From a virus, in the IMG/VR virus record IMGVR_UViG_3300034356_000609, positions 1-64,000 of that record: DNA of 64,000 nucleotides; one strand, written 5' to 3'. Every line of letters starts with the position of its first letter. Position 1 is the stretch's first letter. Positions 1 to 8,392 of this stretch are shown piece after piece. The notes beneath the pieces are model-generated. The model searched no databases and was not told where the DNA came from. It worked only from the letters and a program-made list of their open reading frames with translations. The translations under genes and the position numbers were made by a program.

Positions 1-2
1 CT

Positions 3-104
3 ACTACACATTGGGGCTTCAGACATTGGATGTGGACACTGTGTGGCGTAACGCTGTTCGTTTGGAATGTTGTAGAACTAATTGATAAGAAATACAGACT
101 ATGA
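3..104 (+). CDS. 3' end of a small hydrophobic protein, truncated by the window edge
   Basis: Open frame ...TTHWGFRHWMWTLCGVTLFVWNVVELIDKKYRL* ends in an ATGA overlap with the next gene. Confidence 0.55.
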   Translation, partial: TTHWGFRHWMWTLCGVTLFVWNVVELIDKKYRL

Positions 105-325
105 CAAACAATAAACAACAAACGGCAGTGGAATACTTAGTTGAGCAATTATTCCCAAAAGCATTAAGTGTAGAGCAACATTATCATATTGAAAAAGCAA
201 AAGAAATGGACAAAGAGCAAAAGATAAGTGATTTTACAGATGGTTATTTATATCGTGGAGAGCAACTCCGTCCTTGGTTAATTGACAAATGGTACAACGA
301 AACCTACGGAGGAGGTGAGCAATGA
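101..325 (+). CDS. small phage protein, MTNNKQQTAVE family, copy 1
   Basis: Conserved N-terminus MTNNKQQTAVE and C-terminus YNETYGGGEQ; ATGA overlap. Confidence 0.85.
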   Translation: MTNNKQQTAVEYLVEQLFPKALSVEQHYHIEKAKEMDKEQKISDFTDGYLYRGEQLRPWLIDKWYNETYGGGEQ

Positions 326-561
326 CAAACAATAAACAACAGACGGCAGTTGAACAATTTCTAAATGCTATTAAAGACCAAATTCTACTGAGTAAAGAAC
401 ATCTTGAAATGATAGAATCTTATGCAGACCAATGCAAAGAAATGGAGAAGGAAAGAATTGAAACTGCATACAACAAAGGAACAGTTCATGGAATTGATTA
501 TCCTGAAAGTACACTACCAATAACTGGTGAACAATACTACAACGAAACCTACGGGCAATGA
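322..561 (+). CDS. small phage protein, MTNNKQQTAVE family, copy 2
   Basis: Same termini (ends YNETYGQ), different middle. Confidence 0.85.
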   Translation: MTNNKQQTAVEQFLNAIKDQILLSKEHLEMIESYADQCKEMEKERIETAYNKGTVHGIDYPESTLPITGEQYYNETYGQ

Positions 562-848
562 CAAACAATAAACAACAAACGGCAGTTGAGTGGTTGGTTG
601 AGCAATTTAAAGAATATGATTTTGCTGATGTAAAAGATACAGAAAATTACATTATTAAAATGCAATCTTTTGTATTGACCGAAAAATTAGAAAAAGCCAA
701 AGAAATGCACAGGCAACAAGCCATCAATTTGTATTATGAATACGAAAGATATGTAATGATGAATCAATCAGATGAAATGATAACTGAATCAAGTGTAATG
801 ACATTTGGGCAGTTTTACAAACAAACCTACGGAGGAGGTGAGCAATGA
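558..848 (+). CDS. small phage protein, MTNNKQQTAVE family, copy 3
   Basis: Same termini; EKAKEM core. Confidence 0.85.
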   Translation: MTNNKQQTAVEWLVEQFKEYDFADVKDTENYIIKMQSFVLTEKLEKAKEMHRQQAINLYYEYERYVMMNQSDEMITESSVMTFGQFYKQTYGGGEQ

Positions 849-1138
849 CAAGTAATAAAGAATTAACATCAAACCACTTTGATAATCAAAAAACGGAAAA
901 TATTAACAACAAGCAACAAAGTAGTGTTGAGTGGTTACACGATGAATTATTCAAATCTTTTCAAAAGTTCTATACTCTTCAATTGACTATGGAAGAATAC
1001 CAAGCAAACAACGTAAAACTTTATTTACAAGCCCAAGCAATGCACAAAAAAGAAATTGTAGATGCTTATTATGTAGATAATGAAAAGAATGAAGGATTTG
1101 AATACTACCATGCAATCTACGGAGGAGGTGAGCAATGA
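845..1138 (+). CDS. small phage protein, MTNNKQQTAVE family, copy 4 (N-terminal extension)
   Basis: NNKQQSSVEWL and YGGGEQ motifs. Confidence 0.8.
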   Translation: MTSNKELTSNHFDNQKTENINNKQQSSVEWLHDELFKSFQKFYTLQLTMEEYQANNVKLYLQAQAMHKKEIVDAYYVDNEKNEGFEYYHAIYGGGEQ

Positions 1139-1281
1139 ATGACAAGATAAGAGAACTTCTTAAAAACGCAGAGAAAGTAGACGGCTTAGCCAATATAAAA
1201 TGGCGTATTGAGAACCGAGAGCAACTAAGAAAAGAGCGTAAAGAAAAATTAAAAGAACTTATGGAAAAAGATAAACAATGA
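1135..1281 (+). CDS. 48-aa charged protein (MNDKIRELLK...MEKDKQ), below the ORF-track cutoff
   Basis: Manual translation; ATGA overlaps at both ends. Confidence 0.7.
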   Translation: MNDKIRELLKNAEKVDGLANIKWRIENREQLRKERKEKLKELMEKDKQ

Positions 1282-1304
1282 GCAACAATAAACAATAAAA
1301 AGTT

Positions 1305-2456
1305 ATGGAAAATCAAAATAGTGTATGTTTTGTAGCTCGTATTAACGAGGTTAAACCTATTGAAGGTGCTGATAATATTGAGTTAGCTGTAATCGGTGGG
1401 TGGAACTGTATTGTAAAGAAAGGTAGTCATAAAGCATATGAGTTAGTTGTAGTAGCAACTACTGATGCTGTTATACCTCAAGAATTATCAGATGCAATTA
1501 ACGTAACTAATTACTTACGCAAAGGTCAACGTGTACGTACTGTTAAGTTGAGAGGTGTTTATTCTGAATGTTTAGTTATTTCATTAGATAGTTTACCTCA
1601 AATGAAAGAGCAATACACAAAGGGTATTGGTTACTATTGGGATGAAGGTACAGATTTGATGGAAAAATTAGGGATCTACAAATACGAACCACCAGCAGTT
1701 CAAATCCAATTATCCTCAGGACGTGTAATTAAGTACCATCAGAATCCTAACTTCGGTGTTTATTATAAGTTCCCAAACATTAAAAACGTTCAAGGCATGT
1801 TTAATGAATATGATGAAGTAGAGATAACTCGAAAGATACATGGTACGAATGCTCGTTATGGTATTGTTAGAAAGAGCAAATTATCTATTTGGGATAAACT
1901 AAAACGATTCTTTGGCAATAAATGGGTTGAGTATGAATACGTATACGGATCTCACAACGTTGAAAAAGGAAGTGATTCTCAAGGTTTTTATGATAGTGAT
2001 GTTTGGAGAACAATTGCTGAAAAATACAACATTAGAGAAAAGTTGTGGGATTTGTTTAAACGATATAAAGACTATTATAATATTGAAGAAGGTATTGTAA
2101 TCTATGGAGAAATCTATGGAGCAGGTATTCAAAAGAACTATGATTATAGGTTAACAGATATTGAGTTTGCTGGATTCGATGTTACAATCAATGGTAAATA
2201 CTGCGAAGTTGGTAGAAGTATTGATGTTTTTTGTAATGTTTTAGAATTATCTTATGTGCCTATTTTATATGGAGGACCATGGTCTCAAGAAATTCAAGAC
2301 AAATTTGTATTTAATAACTTTATTGAAGGAACTAAAGTACCTCATGAAGGAGTTGTTATTAAAGCAGTTGATGGTGATAGACGCAAAGTGGCTAAAGTAA
2401 TCAATCCAGACTATCTGATTTACGGAGAAAAACACAATGTAGGAGATTCACACTAA
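1305..2456 (+). CDS. ATP-dependent RNA ligase, DRB0094/Rnl5-like, with N-terminal OB-like domain
   Basis: Motifs RKIHGTN (adenylated Lys), YGEIYG, FAGFDV, EGVVIK, KVAKVIN; N-terminal PIEGADNIE. Confidence 0.9.
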   Translation: MENQNSVCFVARINEVKPIEGADNIELAVIGGWNCIVKKGSHKAYELVVVATTDAVIPQELSDAINVTNYLRKGQRVRTVKLRGVYSECLVISLDSLPQMKEQYTKGIGYYWDEGTDLMEKLGIYKYEPPAVQIQLSSGRVIKYHQNPNFGVYYKFPNIKNVQGMFNEYDEVEITRKIHGTNARYGIVRKSKLSIWDKLKRFFGNKWVEYEYVYGSHNVEKGSDSQGFYDSDVWRTIAEKYNIREKLWDLFKRYKDYYNIEEGIVIYGEIYGAGIQKNYDYRLTDIEFAGFDVTINGKYCEVGRSIDVFCNVLELSYVPILYGGPWSQEIQDKFVFNNFIEGTKVPHEGVVIKAVDGDRRKVAKVINPDYLIYGEKHNVGDSH

Positions 2457-2467
2457 AATACAAGTCT

Positions 2468-2701
2468 ATGAGCAACAATAAAGCAAGGGAAATTAACTCA
2501 CCCCTAATTAAACAACTAATTGACGAAACAACACCCGAAGAATTGGCTAAAATTGATGCGGAAATGAGTTATGCCGATGGTTACAAAGAAGGTTATAAAC
2601 GGGCATTAGAAGTGATGGAATGGTACATCAAAAACCACATTAGTGGAATGGTACAAGACCATATCGGTGAAGACAACAAAATGGTCGGAGGTAAGAAATG
2701 A
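2468..2701 (+). CDS. hypothetical protein (MSNNK start)
   Basis: ORF with a start shared with the array family; ATGA overlap. Confidence 0.7.
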   Translation: MSNNKAREINSPLIKQLIDETTPEELAKIDAEMSYADGYKEGYKRALEVMEWYIKNHISGMVQDHIGEDNKMVGGKK

Positions 2702-2883
2702 AATCACAGGAGAAAGCAAAGGAACTAATAGAGCGATTTGAAGATGCATTAACGGTAAAAGATTGTGCCTTGATTGCAGTGAATGAGATGCTTAAAGTTG
2801 CCTTTTTCCTCGCTGATCATAAGATATACGATCATCTTTTAGAAGTAAAACAAGAGATAGAAAACTATGAAAACACCAATTGA
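2698..2883 (+). CDS. hypothetical phage protein (KEKAKEL...CALIAVxE...EVKQEI type)
   Basis: ORF in a tightly packed operon. Confidence 0.7.
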   Translation: MKSQEKAKELIERFEDALTVKDCALIAVNEMLKVAFFLADHKIYDHLLEVKQEIENYENTN

Positions 2884-3043
2884 AAGATTCGTTGAGTATC
2901 TGCGAACTGAAAAACCTGATTGCGATATATCCCCAAGTATTATTTACAACTTTAAGATACTAGAGAAAATAGAGCAACAACTAGCATATAATGCCGGGTT
3001 TGCAAACGCTAAAAAGATGTACAGTGAAGAACAACATGCTTAA
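2867..3043 (+). CDS. 58-aa protein distantly resembling the array family (MKTPIERFVEYL...AYNAG)
   Basis: Manual translation. Confidence 0.6.
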   Translation: MKTPIERFVEYLRTEKPDCDISPSIIYNFKILEKIEQQLAYNAGFANAKKMYSEEQHA

Positions 3044-3139
3044 GTTTATTACGTTTCTCATAAAGATTGAGGAACAATTACATCAAGTAGCATTATATAA
3101 CAATAAGAGTGGCTCCTTTTAGTAACCTCATTGTTTATT

Positions 3140-3169
3140 TTGCTTTTAATATAATAAGTTATTAATTTG
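3140..3169 (+). promoter_or_regulatory. candidate Bacteroidota sigma70 promoter, TTG-N19-TTAATTTG (one mismatch)
   Basis: Exact 19-nt spacer, intergenic, upstream of 3188. Confidence 0.5.
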
Positions 3170-3187
3170 CATTATTAAAATAAAACC

Positions 3188-3655
3188 ATGGAAACAACCT
3201 ACCTAGTATTCGTATTTGTAGCAGCCTTAGTTGCTACCGTTAAAGCAATCCAGTATTACTCTAAAGCTTCTAGCCTTAGTGGTGATGTAGATCGTCTTAA
3301 GTCTAACTTAAAGCTAGCAGACAAAGCAACACTTGAGAAGTCTGAAGAAGTCTTTAAGTTGACCGCTAAGTTAGCTGCTGCAGTAGAACAGTATAGAGCA
3401 TGTCGTAGAGACAAAGACGTAATTGCTTTAGAACTTGAAACCGCAAATAGTAAACTTTCCGCTTTGACTAAAGACGCAGCAAAACCAGAAGCTGAAGTTG
3501 TTGAAGTTGTTGAAGTTGCACAACCTACTGTAGAAGCTGTAGCAGCTGTATCAGCTTTAGTAGAACCTGTAGAGAACGCTGTAGTAGAAGCTCCAAAGAA
3601 AGTGGAGACTCCAGCACCTACTAACAACAGAAAGTCCAACAGACGTAAAAGATAA
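3188..3655 (+). CDS. membrane-anchored coiled-coil protein with low-complexity tail
   Basis: N-terminal hydrophobic helix, heptads, A/E/V-rich tail, basic C-terminus. Confidence 0.75.
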   Translation: METTYLVFVFVAALVATVKAIQYYSKASSLSGDVDRLKSNLKLADKATLEKSEEVFKLTAKLAAAVEQYRACRRDKDVIALELETANSKLSALTKDAAKPEAEVVEVVEVAQPTVEAVAAVSALVEPVENAVVEAPKKVETPAPTNNRKSNRRKR

Positions 3656-3843
3656 TGTTCAATAGGCCGAAGAATAAGTTTCGGGCTACAGTTGAAGAAA
3701 AAGCAAATCATTATATGGGACGTACCTGTCCAGTGTGTGGTAAACCACTGAGTAGTCAGCGTCCCGTATGTTTTGCTTGTCCAATCTATTCATTAGAGTA
3801 TTATGAAGAACGAGAGCGTAGAAACAAAGAGAAACGATTATAA
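3655..3843 (+). CDS. small Zn-ribbon protein
   Basis: CPVC...CFAC. Confidence 0.6.
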   Translation: MFNRPKNKFRATVEEKANHYMGRTCPVCGKPLSSQRPVCFACPIYSLEYYEERERRNKEKRL

Positions 3844-4009
3844 ACGTGTTGATGTAATTACAGAATATAAATTAAAAGGTCTCAGAGATAAGATTAGTGA
3901 GCATTTTATTGATTACTGTAATACAAACAGCATAAATTTGCACCAATGGTACAGATGGAACCTACATCTTATCTGGGAACAGCGTAAAATACAAAGAAAA
4001 TTGTTCTAA
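3803..4009 (+). CDS. hypothetical protein
   Basis: ORF in operon. Confidence 0.55.
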   Translation: MKNESVETKRNDYKRVDVITEYKLKGLRDKISEHFIDYCNTNSINLHQWYRWNLHLIWEQRKIQRKLF

Positions 4010-4027
4010 CACTTAAATAGCAAAATC

Positions 4028-4282
4028 ATGTCAGACAAAGAAATGTATAAAGTAAATTATCAAGCAGGGCAAGGAAAGATACATATCATTAGTATCTTAC
4101 AAAAAGAAAACGATACTTGGGTATTATGCAAAAACAATGATGTAGAAACCCTTATCGAGCAACGTTTATTTAGTAAAGGTCACCATAACCAAGGTAATGT
4201 TAACATAGGTTACGGACAAATAATACTTACAGATAAACTTACTTATATTACTGGCCAGTTTGAAGTACCTAGTAAACTATAA
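4028..4282 (+). CDS. hypothetical protein
   Basis: ORF with A-rich leader. Confidence 0.65.
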   Translation: MSDKEMYKVNYQAGQGKIHIISILQKENDTWVLCKNNDVETLIEQRLFSKGHHNQGNVNIGYGQIILTDKLTYITGQFEVPSKL

Positions 4283-4284
4283 TT

Positions 4285-4590
4285 ATGGAAAATATAATGC
4301 CTGAATTGACTTCAGAACAACTAAACGAAGTTGTAGAGAAGAAAGCCAAAGAGATACTTGATATGTTTGAATCAGCACTCAAGCCTCACTACGATTTGTC
4401 TGTTGAGCATAACTCAGAACAAACACTACGTCAAATGATTAAAGCCTGTAGCTTAGCACACGTTATACCATTTGTTGACCCATTAGAAAAAGTTCCTCAT
4501 GATAAGCTCAACGGTGCTGCATTGGACAGATTAAAAATGGTGTTAGAGTTTTGGAATGGAGTTAAAGTTGTCCTCAATGCTTACCAGTAA
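4285..4590 (+). CDS. hypothetical protein
   Basis: ORF; resembles 2698..2883 (KAKEIL...KACSL...W.GVK). Confidence 0.7.
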   Translation: MENIMPELTSEQLNEVVEKKAKEILDMFESALKPHYDLSVEHNSEQTLRQMIKACSLAHVIPFVDPLEKVPHDKLNGAALDRLKMVLEFWNGVKVVLNAYQ

Positions 4591-4623
4591 GTAATTAAGG
4601 TTTCACATTACTAATCTTTGTAG

Positions 4624-4655
4624 AAAGAGGGTCCTAATAAGGCCCTCTTTTTTCT
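4624..4655 (+). terminator. intrinsic terminator
   Basis: aaagaggg(t)cc-taataa-ggccctcttt followed by a T run. Confidence 0.8.
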
Positions 4656-4690
4656 TTTCCATTACATCTAACTAATCAAAAAGCAAAACT

Positions 4691-6274
4691 ATGCCACTAG
4701 AAGAACTTATTGGGCAAGAAGCCCTAGAAACAACTAATCCAGTTGTAACTCCCGCTGATGTTTTACCTACAGTAGAACAAACTACCTACTCTCTTGATGT
4801 TCTCATTGAAACTACTCCAGAGCCTGAGTATGTAAAGCTAGAAATGTCTCCTGCTTTCTTACAAAGACTAACAGAGATGACATCTAACAATGATTTGGCA
4901 GTTTTCCTATGGAAACTACACAACGGCCAATACAAGTTTAAGAGTCAACCTGACAGCATTAATTACTTGGGAATTAGTGAAGAGGAAAATAGTAAAATCT
5001 CTTACCTAACTGCAAGTAGATTACAGTGTATTGACGATGAGTCAGCACTGTATGACAGCAATTTTCGGTATCATTCACGTGCTGCTAAGGTTATTAACAA
5101 GTTTCTTACTAATCTTATTGTTTATCCAGAGGATTTTGAGATAAGAAATGCCCTACAATCTACGCATTACTTAAGTCCACAAGAATTTACATTGAGAAGT
5201 TTGTTTACAGAACGTGATATTGACCAGTTTAACAATGCCTACAGACTAGAAGCATTTAAATTAGACGAAACCTTTAATGTACAAATGGTTCAAGGACACT
5301 TTATACCAATGTTCTACAATCAAGACAAGTACTTTGAGATTTCAGGTCAGTTGGGTAGTTCTTGTATGCGGTATGATAGGTGTCAGACTTACTTTTCTAT
5401 TTATAGTCATAATCTAAACATCTGTTCGTTGGCTGTCTCTTTAGTTGGTGAGAGAGTTACAGCACGTGCATTGGTGTGGACTATTGACGGTAAGCAGTAT
5501 TTTGACCGTATCTATGCTATTAGTGACGACATAGCGGATCGTATGAAGGCTTACTTCTTAGTAAAAGGTATTGAGACTTGCTATGGACTTAGAAAACACC
5601 TAACCATTAAGCAAGATACTAGCCTCAAAGACTTAAGTAAGTATGTAAAGTTAAGCTTTGACGAGTATCCATACATGGACACTTTCAAGTACTTATCTCC
5701 TGACATGACCGAGTTGTCTAACGAGTGTACTAATATGACAGAACACTATCTAGAATTGTCAAGTACCTCAGGTGGTTACGAAGAGTTTGAACCCAGCGAT
5801 ACATGTGATGAATGTGGAGGCAGCATTCGTGATAACGGTTCAATAATCGAAGATACACGTGATAGCATGCATGGAAGCCACTTGTGTGACAACTGTTGTT
5901 CATATTCTGAAGTAGAAGACACTTATATCAGTAATCGTTCTAGCGTGTATTCTGAGAGCTGTGAGACCGTTATATTCAGGTCTACTGCCATTAGGGATTA
6001 TAATGGACACTACATTCGTGGAGATGATGCAGTAGAACTCTTTACTGGTGATTATGCAGACAAGGAGAATACAAGTATTTTTTATACTCATGACGGACTA
6101 GCTTTTACTGAAGACCATCACGACTTGTTTACTGAATACAATAACGAATGGTATAACAACTCAGAGATGGTAGAGACAAACGAAGGATTAAGAGTGCCTA
6201 GGCATCTTACAGTAGAGGTAAATAACGTAATATGGTTAGTATCTGACTACAACAATCAATTAAACTTAATTTAA
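4691..6274 (+). CDS. conserved phage protein (SCMRY / ARALVW / DRIY / PYMD motifs) with Cys-rich C-terminal region
   Basis: 527-aa ORF with motif blocks and CxxC pairs; adjacent to a peptidase. Confidence 0.75.
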   Translation: MPLEELIGQEALETTNPVVTPADVLPTVEQTTYSLDVLIETTPEPEYVKLEMSPAFLQRLTEMTSNNDLAVFLWKLHNGQYKFKSQPDSINYLGISEEENSKISYLTASRLQCIDDESALYDSNFRYHSRAAKVINKFLTNLIVYPEDFEIRNALQSTHYLSPQEFTLRSLFTERDIDQFNNAYRLEAFKLDETFNVQMVQGHFIPMFYNQDKYFEISGQLGSSCMRYDRCQTYFSIYSHNLNICSLAVSLVGERVTARALVWTIDGKQYFDRIYAISDDIADRMKAYFLVKGIETCYGLRKHLTIKQDTSLKDLSKYVKLSFDEYPYMDTFKYLSPDMTELSNECTNMTEHYLELSSTSGGYEEFEPSDTCDECGGSIRDNGSIIEDTRDSMHGSHLCDNCCSYSEVEDTYISNRSSVYSESCETVIFRSTAIRDYNGHYIRGDDAVELFTGDYADKENTSIFYTHDGLAFTEDHHDLFTEYNNEWYNNSEMVETNEGLRVPRHLTVEVNNVIWLVSDYNNQLNLI

Positions 6275-6279
6275 ACAAC

Positions 6280-7578
6280 ATGACTAAAAGAAAGAAGAAT
6301 CAATTTAAAACGACAATAGAGTCAGAGCCAGATGCTATTCGTGTAGGCAATCTACATACCATACCTGTATTAGAGCATAAGATTAAACCCAACTATGAGA
6401 AACTCATAGAGTTACTGAACTTTAGAACTCACTCTTACAGTCCTGCCCAAGATATGTTTATCGCAGAACTTCAGAAAGAGCTCGAAAGTAAAGGAGGTTA
6501 CACTACTTTGGATGATTATGGCAATCTATACGTGACTAAAGGTATAACTAATCTTTATCCCTGTGTAGTTGCACATACAGACATCAACCAACATGTAGTA
6601 AGTTCTCCTACAGTTCAGATGAACTATCCTTGGATTTACGGCTTTGACTTAGAAGAAGGTGCTCAGTGCGGCATTGGTGCAGACGATAAAGTCGGTGTAT
6701 ACTTTGCTCTTGAAATGTTTAACCATTTTGATGAGATTAAACTATTCTTCCCTAAAGACGAAGAAGTAGGTTTGGTAGGTACTTACAAAGCAAACAAAGA
6801 GTTCTTTACAGATTGCAGTATGCTTGTTCAATTGGACAGAAACTCCTACAAAAATGACCTCATTACTTACACAAATGGAATTACCGTTTGTAGTGACGAG
6901 TTTATTATGGCTGCTGGAGGAATCATGGATAAGTATAACTATGCCAAGAACAACGGCAGCTGTACAGACATCGGCGGCTTAAAGAAGTATGACACTGTTA
7001 CTTGTGTGGCTATGAACGTAAGTTGTGGCTACATCAACGAGCATGCAAATGACGAAGTAATTAGTATGCCTCACTTTGAGAATGCTATTAACTTTGGTTA
7101 TGAATTGCTATTGATGGGTGTAAATCAGAAATGGGAACACATTGCTGCTAAGGAAGTTTATCCTACATATACTTATGGAACTTATGGAACTTACAGTAAG
7201 TTAGATTTTTCCTACAACAAGACTCGTAGCTCACAACTGTCAGAATATCTGCCTCCAAATGCTTCTACCTATGAAGTTAAAACTCCTACAAGAGAAAATA
7301 TTACTCTAAACCTTAAAGACAAAGACAATGATGAGTTCTTGTTGTCTCTATATCCAGAGCTAATAGAACAATCTTTTAGAGAAACAGCATTTGAGCATCA
7401 CGTAGACGGATTAGACACTGCAGATCAAGAGTATATTGACCAATGTTTGTCCGATAGAATCTGTCCATGTTGTTATAATAATGTCAAAATTGATAACAGA
7501 TTACTAATGTATGTTGATTGCGAGTATTGTGATTCTTCATTTAATTATCCTACCAATGTCTTTGAATCAACGAGGTAA
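6280..7578 (+). CDS. M20/M28-type Zn metallopeptidase with C-terminal Zn finger
   Basis: VAHTD, GADDKVG, DEEVG, QLDR, SCGYINEH; CPCC...CEYC. Confidence 0.85.
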   Translation: MTKRKKNQFKTTIESEPDAIRVGNLHTIPVLEHKIKPNYEKLIELLNFRTHSYSPAQDMFIAELQKELESKGGYTTLDDYGNLYVTKGITNLYPCVVAHTDINQHVVSSPTVQMNYPWIYGFDLEEGAQCGIGADDKVGVYFALEMFNHFDEIKLFFPKDEEVGLVGTYKANKEFFTDCSMLVQLDRNSYKNDLITYTNGITVCSDEFIMAAGGIMDKYNYAKNNGSCTDIGGLKKYDTVTCVAMNVSCGYINEHANDEVISMPHFENAINFGYELLLMGVNQKWEHIAAKEVYPTYTYGTYGTYSKLDFSYNKTRSSQLSEYLPPNASTYEVKTPTRENITLNLKDKDNDEFLLSLYPELIEQSFRETAFEHHVDGLDTADQEYIDQCLSDRICPCCYNNVKIDNRLLMYVDCEYCDSSFNYPTNVFESTR

Positions 7579-7819
7579 TTTGCCCTTCAATCATTTTGGA
7601 GAAAGTCTGGATACACATCCAGATTTTCTTCTAATGAAGAAGATGTATGAAGAAGAATGCTTGGAATTGTGTGGAGAAGATGTTACATTTGAAACCCCAC
7701 TATTAGAAAATATACCTCTAATTTTTGCAGAGTCAAAAGATGACCCTATGTTAGAGAGAGATTTAACTCTAATTACAGAAACTAAACCAACCAAAATAGA
7801 TGAAGAAAACGTTTTATGA
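7511..7819 (+). CDS. acidic hypothetical protein (true start probably the ATG at 7556)
   Basis: ORF filling the gap between two genes. Confidence 0.55.
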   Translation: MLIASIVILHLIILPMSLNQRGNLPFNHFGESLDTHPDFLLMKKMYEEECLELCGEDVTFETPLLENIPLIFAESKDDPMLERDLTLITETKPTKIDEENVL

Positions 7820-8333
7820 GATTCTTTGGAGTCTTCTTGAAAAGGAAGGTATCAAAGACAAATGGATTGAACATGGATTACTCATACAAACTAAAGACAC
7901 CTATTCATGGTCGCCAAAAGCCTTAGATTTACTAAGGCTTGAGGCTTCCATAGGTGAACTTAAGTTTGAAGGAAGCTACAAAGAAAAGTCCAAACCCAAG
8001 GTGGTAGTAGATTTATCGTGGATAGACGATTATATCGTTAAGTTCAGTCACAAGAAAATAGGCATAGCAGGTAAGGCTACCGACAAAAAGACTGTACTTA
8101 AAAAGATGGAAAAGTTTCTAGTAGAATACGACTACACACGTGAAGAAATACTTGGTGGAACAGATCTGTATGTGGATAATTTGTTGACTAGTGGAGGTAT
8201 AGCTTATGTTCAAGAGTGTGGCTACTTTATCAGTAAAGTAATAGATGGTGTACCTACTAGCAATCTAGCTAAATGGTGTGAAGAGTTTAGAAATGGTGGT
8301 GCTAAACGATACACAAGTCACAACATCCTGTAA
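7800..8333 (+). CDS. hypothetical protein upstream of the helicase
   Basis: 177-aa ORF. Confidence 0.75.
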   Translation: MKKTFYEILWSLLEKEGIKDKWIEHGLLIQTKDTYSWSPKALDLLRLEASIGELKFEGSYKEKSKPKVVVDLSWIDDYIVKFSHKKIGIAGKATDKKTVLKKMEKFLVEYDYTREEILGGTDLYVDNLLTSGGIAYVQECGYFISKVIDGVPTSNLAKWCEEFRNGGAKRYTSHNIL

Positions 8334-8392
8334 GTTAGATTTAAGCTATTGTAGGTTTATTTTTTCTTTCCCCTCTCACAACCCTAACTATC

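Larger units (their letters stand above)
293..1138 (+). repeat. dispersed direct repeats spanning gene junctions (tacggaggaggtgagcaATGAcaaacaataaacaac)
   Basis: Copies at ~293-352, 538-589 (9-nt deletion), ~823-850 and ~1117-1138. Confidence 0.9.

Noticed and set aside
101-1138. CRISPR array or diversity-generating retroelement
   Set aside because: Repeats are protein-coding, degenerate and 200-300 nt apart; no cas or reverse transcriptase genes; no adenine-specific template/variable pair seen
8171-8179. Perfect DnaA box (TGTGGATAA)
   Set aside because: Single copy inside a CDS, compatible with chance
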